A stretch of DNA of 64,000 nt from an uncultured Candidatus Saccharibacteria bacterium. Its GTDB lineage: Bacteria; Patescibacteriota; Minisyncoccia; Minisyncoccales; CAYZYK01. The first letter of the stretch is position 1. Each line of letters begins with the position of its first letter. Location: positions 29,016-93,015 of the forward strand of contig CAZDPT010000002.1 of the NCBI GenBank assembly GCA_964507665.1, in the 5' to 3' direction. The notes beneath the pieces are model-generated. The model saw only the letters and a program-made list of their open reading frames with translations, made no database searches and was not told the origin of the DNA. Of the stretch, positions 57,682 to 64,000 are shown one piece after another. Position numbers and translations under genes: made by a program.

Positions 57682-59582
57682 TTTTGAAAAGTAAAAAAAT
57701 AGAGGTAATAGTCCCTAAGGATAAAGCAGATGATTTACTTGAAAAACTTCAGAACTTGCAAATAATTGAGGTTATTTCCTGTGGCAAAACACAAAAAGAA
57801 AATAATAAAGAATTTTTAAAAAAGAAAGAAAATTTGGACTCCAAAATTGCTGACTTAAATTTTACTAGAACCTTCTTAAATAATTTTAAAAAATCTTCAG
57901 GATTTCTTGAGGGTTTTTTGAATTTGAAGCCGAAATTTAGACTTTCTCACCTTCAAGAGTTCTCCCGAGATAATCAAATTAACGAGGCTATTCAAGAGTG
58001 TGCAAGCCTGGAACAAGAAATAAATAGTTTTAAATCTAAAAAACAAAAACTAGAGAGTAAAATTAATATTTTGGATAATTTTAGAGACTTAAGTTTGAGT
58101 TTTCCTGAAGAAAATTTAAATAATTTTTATTATAAAGCAGGAATTTTAGACAAAAAGAAGAAAGAAAGTTTTTTGGAAATTTTAAGAAAAGAGATTCCAG
58201 TTCTTTTTGTGGAGTGGTCAAACAAAAAGAGCAATCTTGGTTTTGGTTTGGTTTATCCTCAATCAAAAAACAAAAAAATAAAAGGTATTTTTAAAAAATT
58301 TGATGTAAAAGAGCAAGAAATTTTTTGGTCTGATTGTCCCTCAAAGGTAATTTCAAATTATGAAAAAAAGTTAGGTAAAATTAAAAAAGAAGTTAGGAAT
58401 AGAGAAAAGCAAGCCCAAAAATTAACTAAGTTTATTCCAAAAATAAAAGCTTTAATTGATTTTTACACCTGGGAGAGAGATAAACAAAAATCTTTTATTT
58501 CTGGTGAAAAAACTAAGAGATACTTTTCTATTTCTGGATGGGTTCCCCAGAACTCTCTTTCTCTCTTGGAAGAGAAGGTAAAAGAAATAACTCCTCATTT
58601 TTTAATTAAACAAAAAGAGATTAAAAAAGGAGAGAAACCCCCTGTTATTATTGAGAACAAAAAAGCCAGTCAGCCCTTTGAATCAGTAACAAATGTTTAT
58701 GGAGCTCCCAAGCATAGTGATCCTGATCCTACTCCTTTTTTAGCTCCCTTTTTTGCTTTATTTTTTGCTATGGCATTATCAGATGCAGGTTATGGTTTAG
58801 TTTTGTTTCTGGGAGGATTGGTAGCTAAAAAGTTTTTTAAGCAACTAAGTTTTAGAAAATTTTTTAACCTTTTAATTATTTCTGGTTTTCTTACTATTAT
58901 TGCTGGAATTTTAACAGGAACTGTTTTTGGCACAGAGATCGCTGCTAATTATAGAATCCTTGATTCGGTAAAAAATCCTGTCAAAACAATGATTGTGACA
59001 TTAGTTTTAGGAACTGTTCAGATTTTTGTTGGTTTAGTAATAGGTATGATTTGGAATATTAAACAATCTGGAATTAAACAAGGAATTTCAAGCAAGGGGG
59101 CCAATCTGGTTTTCTTTTTGGGATTAGGAGCATTTGTTTTAACCAATGAAACTTATTTTCTTTTTGGAGGTATTATTACTATGGTCTTTCTGAAAATATT
59201 ATTCTCTGTGGAGAAAAAAGTGTTTTTGAAGATAGGAAAAGGAATTGCTTCTTTATATGATTTAGTTGGTTATTTTGGAGATATTATTTCTTATTCAAGA
59301 ATTCTGGCTCTCGGGTTAGCCACTGGAATAATTGCTATGGTAGTTAATGTGGTTGCTTTTTTGTTTAAGGATATGATTCCTTTTGAAATTTTAGGGTGGG
59401 GGGTTGCTGTGGTGATATTAGTTGGAGGTCATATTTTTAATATTTTAATTAATAGTTTAGGTGCTTTTATTCATTCTGCAAGATTACAATTTGTTGAGTT
59501 TTTCCCAAAATTTATGGAAGGGGGAGGAAAATATCTTCACCCCCTTAGTAAACAAGGTCGATTTATTAAGATTATAAAGTAA
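57678..59582 (+). CDS. atpI: A/V-type ATPase subunit I (a)
   Basis: Soluble N-terminal half, then a C-terminal polytopic domain with YSRILALG (essential Arg context). Confidence 0.8.
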   Translation: MILKSKKIEVIVPKDKADDLLEKLQNLQIIEVISCGKTQKENNKEFLKKKENLDSKIADLNFTRTFLNNFKKSSGFLEGFLNLKPKFRLSHLQEFSRDNQINEAIQECASLEQEINSFKSKKQKLESKINILDNFRDLSLSFPEENLNNFYYKAGILDKKKKESFLEILRKEIPVLFVEWSNKKSNLGFGLVYPQSKNKKIKGIFKKFDVKEQEIFWSDCPSKVISNYEKKLGKIKKEVRNREKQAQKLTKFIPKIKALIDFYTWERDKQKSFISGEKTKRYFSISGWVPQNSLSLLEEKVKEITPHFLIKQKEIKKGEKPPVIIENKKASQPFESVTNVYGAPKHSDPDPTPFLAPFFALFFAMALSDAGYGLVLFLGGLVAKKFFKQLSFRKFFNLLIISGFLTIIAGILTGTVFGTEIAANYRILDSVKNPVKTMIVTLVLGTVQIFVGLVIGMIWNIKQSGIKQGISSKGANLVFFLGLGAFVLTNETYFLFGGIITMVFLKILFSVEKKVFLKIGKGIASLYDLVGYFGDIISYSRILALGLATGIIAMVVNVVAFLFKDMIPFEILGWGVAVVILVGGHIFNILINSLGAFIHSARLQFVEFFPKFMEGGGKYLHPLSKQGRFIKIIK

Positions 59583-59589
59583 ATAATAA

Positions 59590-60072
<483 letters not shown>

Positions 60073-60117
60073 TAGATTTTTAATTAAATTAATTAACAAA
60101 AAAAGCTAATTAACACA

Positions 60118-60696
60118 ATGGCTTTACAAGATTTAATCCAACAAATTAAATCTTCTACTAAAGAAGAAATAAGAGAGATGGAACAAAAAAAATCTTCTGA
60201 GATAAAGAAGATAGATAAGAAATTTCAGAGAGAATTAAAAAATTTAAAGAAAAGAAAAAAATCAGAATTTCAAAGAAAAAAAGAGGAATTCCTTGCTCGG
60301 GAAAAACAGAGAATAAAGCATGATTCTGAGATGAAATTGTTAGCTGAGAAAGAAAAAATATTTAATAAAGTTTTTTCTAGAGTAAAGAAAGATTTCCAAG
60401 AATTATCGGAAGAAAAAAGCAAGCAAATTTTAAAGACAGAAATTAAAAAAGCTTTACCTTTTTTGGAGAAAGATGCAGTTGTTTTTGTTCCTTCTTTAAA
60501 AAAGAGAACTGTAATGGAGATTTTGAAAGAAATTGGTGTGGACGATTTGGAAATAGAACAGAAAGAATTAGACTTCAAAGATGGGGTTTTAATTGAAAGC
60601 GAAAACCTTTCAATTAAAATTTCCTTAGAGGAAATTATTGATAATCTCTTTAAAGAGAAGAAAGCGGAATTATCTAAGATTCTTTTTGGGAATTAG
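60118..60696 (+). CDS. atpE: A/V-type ATPase subunit E
   Basis: Long N-terminal K/E helix plus a globular C-terminus. Assigned by operon position. Confidence 0.6.
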   Translation: MALQDLIQQIKSSTKEEIREMEQKKSSEIKKIDKKFQRELKNLKKRKKSEFQRKKEEFLAREKQRIKHDSEMKLLAEKEKIFNKVFSRVKKDFQELSEEKSKQILKTEIKKALPFLEKDAVVFVPSLKKRTVMEILKEIGVDDLEIEQKELDFKDGVLIESENLSIKISLEEIIDNLFKEKKAELSKILFGN

Positions 60697-60713
60697 CTTT
60701 TTGGGAGTAAAAT

Positions 60714-61517
60714 ATGAAATATATTTGTGCTATAACTTTTTTTAGAACAAGAGAGAAACAACTACCAGATCAAACAGATTTTGAAAGGATGATAGCTGGG
60801 GCTTATTTATCAAAATCTTTTTCTGTGTTGCAGGATACTCATTATGCTCCTTTTCTCAGTGATAAGAAAGCAGAGGAGTTTAAACAAGTTTTTGATGAAG
60901 AAAAAATTAGTTTTAAAAAAAACCTTCCCAAACTTGGAATTAAAGGGGATCTAATTGATTTTCTTTATCAAAGAGCAGATTTTTTTAATATTGGTTTGTA
61001 TTTTAAAAAGGAACTTTTTAATGAAGGGTTTTCAGAAGAAGATTTTTTAAGAGAAGGCCTCTCTGACTTTGAGAAACTTAAGAGAAAATATCCAGAATTA
61101 GAGAATAAAGTTCAACAGCAAGATTTCGAAAACCCTTCTCAGTTGGATCAATTTTTAACTAAATTTTATTTTAATAAAACAATTGAATTAGCAAAAGAAA
61201 AAAAAGAAAAAGAAATTAAGCAATTTTTTGAAAATTACCTTAAAGTTTTAGAAAAATCTTACAAACTAACAAAAGAAAACAAAAGTAAGAAAAACTTGCT
61301 TTCTCTTGATAAAGTTAAAAAAAGATTAGATAAACTTGAAAAGGATTTCTTTCAGAGAGAAAAATGGAGGATAGAAGGTTTGGGTCCTATTCTAGCTTAT
61401 TTTCTTAAGAAACGAAAAACAGAAAAGATTACCGAAGCTATTCTTGCTGGAAAACAAATTAATTTACAAAATCTTAGAATTAAAAAATTGATTAAAAATC
61501 TCCCTGTCCTGTTATAA
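60714..61517 (+). CDS. atpC: A/V-type ATPase subunit C (d), short
   Basis: Operon position between E and F, and a helical composition. Confidence 0.5.
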   Translation: MKYICAITFFRTREKQLPDQTDFERMIAGAYLSKSFSVLQDTHYAPFLSDKKAEEFKQVFDEEKISFKKNLPKLGIKGDLIDFLYQRADFFNIGLYFKKELFNEGFSEEDFLREGLSDFEKLKRKYPELENKVQQQDFENPSQLDQFLTKFYFNKTIELAKEKKEKEIKQFFENYLKVLEKSYKLTKENKSKKNLLSLDKVKKRLDKLEKDFFQREKWRIEGLGPILAYFLKKRKTEKITEAILAGKQINLQNLRIKKLIKNLPVLL

Positions 61518-61537
61518 ATCTTTGTTTTGGAATAAAA

Positions 61538-61843
61538 ATGGAAAAAAACAAAAAAGAAAACAATCAAAATAAAAAGATAGCTTTTGTTGCCCCCCAGCAA
61601 TATGCAAAAAGTTTATCCCTTTTGGGATTTAAAACTTTTGAAGCAGATAGTGAACAAAAAGCAGAACAAACAATAGAAGATCTTAAAACAAAAGATTTTA
61701 GATTAATTTTTGTAAGCGGAGATATTTTCAGTAAAGAAATTCCAGGAGTGGTAGTTTTACCTGGAATGACCAAAAAGCCCGAAACAGATTTTTTACAGCA
61801 GATTATAAAAAAGGCGATTGGTAAAGAAATAAAATTAAGTTAA
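61538..61843 (+). CDS. atpF: A/V-type ATPase subunit F
   Basis: About 100 aa. IAFVAP...GFK...RLIFVS pattern resembles subunit F. Confidence 0.6.
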   Translation: MEKNKKENNQNKKIAFVAPQQYAKSLSLLGFKTFEADSEQKAEQTIEDLKTKDFRLIFVSGDIFSKEIPGVVVLPGMTKKPETDFLQQIIKKAIGKEIKLS

Positions 61844-61859
61844 ATTATTAATTTAAATT

Positions 61860-64000
61860 ATGAAAAAAGGAAAGATAATAAAAGTCTCAGGACCTTTAAT
61901 TGTAGCTGAAGGAATGGAAGGGGTTAAAAACTACGAAGTAGTTAAAGCCTCAAGATTTTCTCTTATCGGTGAGGTAATTGAACTTAATGAAGACAAAGCT
62001 TCAATTCAAGTTTATGAAGAGACTTCTGGGGTTGGTCCCGGAGAGCCAGTTTATGCTACAGGAAGTCAGTTATCTGTTGAATTAGGTCCTGGCTTGATAG
62101 GTTCCATTTATGATGGTATTCAAAGACCCTTAGAGTCGATCTCAAAAAAATCAGGTGATTTTATTAAAAGAGGAATCGAAGTCCCTGCTTTTTCTAAAAC
62201 AAAAAAATGGAACTTTGAACCTATTTTAAAAAAGGGAGATAAAGTTCAAGCAGGAGATATTTTAGGTGAAGTTAAAGAAACTCCTCTGGTGACTCATAAA
62301 ATCATGGTTCCACCACAAGTAAAATCAGGTCAGATTTTAGAAATAAAGCAAGGAAAGTTTACGGTCGAGGATGAAATAGCAAAATTGAAACAAGAAAATG
62401 GGGAAGTTCTTGAAATAAAGATGAGTCAAAAATGGCCTATTCGTCAACCCCGACCTGTCAAAAAGAAACTTTTACCTACTGAACCTTTGATTACGGGCCA
62501 GAGGGTTATCGATACTTTCTTTCCAATTGCTAAAGGTGGGGCAGGATGTGTTCCAGGGCCATTCGGTGCTGGAAAGTGTGTTGTAGGAGAAACGCCAGTT
62601 CTGTTAAAAACTGGTCAAATATTACCTATAAAAGAAATTTTTGAAAAATACGATAAAAAGGGTGAAAAAAGGAAAAATAAGGATGAAGAATATACAGTGT
62701 TAGATAAACCATTTGAAGTTTTAAGTTATAAAGAGGGTAAGATTTCTAATGGTAAAGTAACAGCCGTCTATAAAGGTAAGTCAGATTCTTTAATTAAAAT
62801 AACAACCAAAACAGGAAGAGAACTGAGAATTACTCCAATTCATAAATTATTTAAACTTGATGACAATTTAGGATTAAAAGAAAAGCAAGCCCAATCTTTG
62901 AAAGAAGGAGACTATATTGCTATGCCCCGTGTTTTACCTTCTTTTGGAGAAGAGGTTCTTTTTGATGCTTATGAGATCTTTTCTGAATTCAGAGTTGTAG
63001 AGGATCAAGTTTTAAAAAGAGTGAAGAATAAGATTGAAGATTTAAGGAAGAAAATTGGTTCTTTAAAAAAACTAGCTGAGAAAATGAATGTTTCTTATGA
63101 TGTTTTGATGGAATATTATCATAACAGAAACAAACCAACCCTTAATTTCGTTAAGAGATTATATCAGATAGAAGGAGAAGAACCTCCTCTTATCTCTCGG
63201 GTTAAAGGAGAAAGACAGAGTAAATCAACAAAAATACCTCAAACTTTCACTAAAGATATTGCTGAATTTCTGGGTTTAATATTTTCTGAAGGAAGTCTCA
63301 AGAAAAATAGTGTCTATTTTTACAACAATTGTAAGAAAACTCAAAAAAGATTTAATCTACTTTGTAAGAGAATTTTTGGCTTGATTCCAAAGAGAGAGAT
63401 AGCAAATACTGTTGATTGTTCCTCTATTTTTAGTGTTGTTCTTGCTCATTTTCTTAAATATATAGGAATGCCAGAATACAAAAAATCAACCAAAATATCT
63501 TTGCCTGCTTTTTTGCTTTCTTCTAACTCTGAGAAAATTGGTGCTTTCTTGGGGGCTTATTTTGTGGGAGATGGTTCTTTTTCTAAAAAAAGGAACGCAA
63601 TTGAAATATCAACTTCTAGTAGGGAAATGTCAACTGGTATATCTTATCTTCTTCAAAGATTAGGAATTCTTTACTCTCAGAAGAGTAGAGAAACAAAAGC
63701 AAATATTAATTATAGAATTAATATTTATGGCAAAGATAACGTCTCTGCCTTTTATAACCAGTCTAATTTACCTTATCCTAAATTTAGAAAACTTAAATCT
63801 TCTCTTAATAATTCTCCGGGTGATAATTTGGGGTCAAGATTTGATATTTTACCAATAAAATCTAATTTACTCCGAAAGATTTTTCAGAAAAAAGAAGGCT
63901 TTTGGAGTCTTTTAAGGAAACAGGGGATAGCAGCGTCAAATTATTTATCAGGCGGGGAGAATATAACGGTGAAAATGTTTCAGAAGATGATTAAGATTTT
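61860..64000 (+). CDS. atpA: A/V-type ATPase catalytic subunit A, interrupted by an intein; 3' end beyond window
   Basis: Hand translation gives KIIKVSGPLIVAEGMEG...IYDGIQRPL...GQRVIDTFFPIAKGGAGCVPGPFGAGK, then the intein. The frame is open to nt 64000, which is why it is absent from the ORF track. Confidence 0.88.
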   Translation, partial: MKKGKIIKVSGPLIVAEGMEGVKNYEVVKASRFSLIGEVIELNEDKASIQVYEETSGVGPGEPVYATGSQLSVELGPGLIGSIYDGIQRPLESISKKSGDFIKRGIEVPAFSKTKKWNFEPILKKGDKVQAGDILGEVKETPLVTHKIMVPPQVKSGQILEIKQGKFTVEDEIAKLKQENGEVLEIKMSQKWPIRQPRPVKKKLLPTEPLITGQRVIDTFFPIAKGGAGCVPGPFGAGKCVVGETPVLLKTGQILPIKEIFEKYDKKGEKRKNKDEEYTVLDKPFEVLSYKEGKISNGKVTAVYKGKSDSLIKITTKTGRELRITPIHKLFKLDDNLGLKEKQAQSLKEGDYIAMPRVLPSFGEEVLFDAYEIFSEFRVVEDQVLKRVKNKIEDLRKKIGSLKKLAEKMNVSYDVLMEYYHNRNKPTLNFVKRLYQIEGEEPPLISRVKGERQSKSTKIPQTFTKDIAEFLGLIFSEGSLKKNSVYFYNNCKKTQKRFNLLCKRIFGLIPKREIANTVDCSSIFSVVLAHFLKYIGMPEYKKSTKISLPAFLLSSNSEKIGAFLGAYFVGDGSFSKKRNAIEISTSSREMSTGISYLLQRLGILYSQKSRETKANINYRINIYGKDNVSAFYNQSNLPYPKFRKLKSSLNNSPGDNLGSRFDILPIKSNLLRKIFQKKEGFWSLLRKQGIAASNYLSGGENITVKMFQKMIKI
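62577..64000 (+). mobile_element. intein with LAGLIDADG endonuclease domain inserted in the Walker A P-loop (GPFGAGK|C...)
   Basis: Starts with Cys (CVVGETPVLL, block A). It has a TxxH block B (ITPIHKLF) and LAGLIDADG-like motifs FLGLIFSEGS and FLGAYFVGDGS. The C-terminal splice junction lies outside the window. Confidence 0.8.

Overview
AT-rich (by eye, not computed) bacterial chromosome segment with compact, mostly plus-strand housekeeping genes. The gene content fits a Candidate Phyla Radiation/Patescibacteria-like organism (inference): short proteins, archaeal-type apgM, PduL+AckA, FemAB, an A/V-type ATPase, and split, intron-bearing rRNA genes. Layout: (1) 1-11.8 kb holds thiol-redox genes plus a glycolysis/acetate block (trxB, eno, apgM, gap, pduL, ackA, ppsA, PfkB kinase, fba, ferredoxin). 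(2) 11.8-19.7 kb holds L25, a lytic transglycosylase, rpmE with an N-terminally truncated RF1, an aromatic-amino-acid island, rpsB-tsf and tRNA-Thr. (3) 19.8-28.7 kb holds the split rRNA locus: 16S-tRNAIle-tRNAAla, a terminator, two membrane-protein genes, then 23S-5S. The 23S carries a 1.14 kb insertion encoding a LAGLIDADG endonuclease. (4) 28.8-42.5 kb holds cell-envelope genes (mreC, mreD, PBP2, murF, DegT, femAB, ftsQ) with lysS and serS. (5) 42.5-48.3 kb holds a candidate structured RNA, a CIRCE-controlled hrcA-grpE-hsp20-dnaK-dnaJ block and tRNA-Lys. (6) 48.3-57.3 kb holds an MNT/HEPN pair with a disrupted toxin, ctpA, rplI, pyrG, rpmA, uppS and several small accessory cassettes. (7) 57.3-64 kb holds an A/V-type ATPase operon whose A subunit has an intein in the P-loop. 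Main points of interest: the 16S 3' tail lacks the CCUCC anti-Shine-Dalgarno, and conserved genes lack SD motifs, with several promoters placed to give leaderless mRNAs. A handful of GC-richer accessory cassettes nevertheless carry strong GGAGG sites. A pheL-like Phe/Tyr leader-peptide attenuator precedes an unusual TyrA-PDT fusion. The 23S insertion contains two group-I-like cores. No CRISPR array, transposase or integrase was seen. All coordinates of RNA ends and regulatory sites are by-eye estimates.
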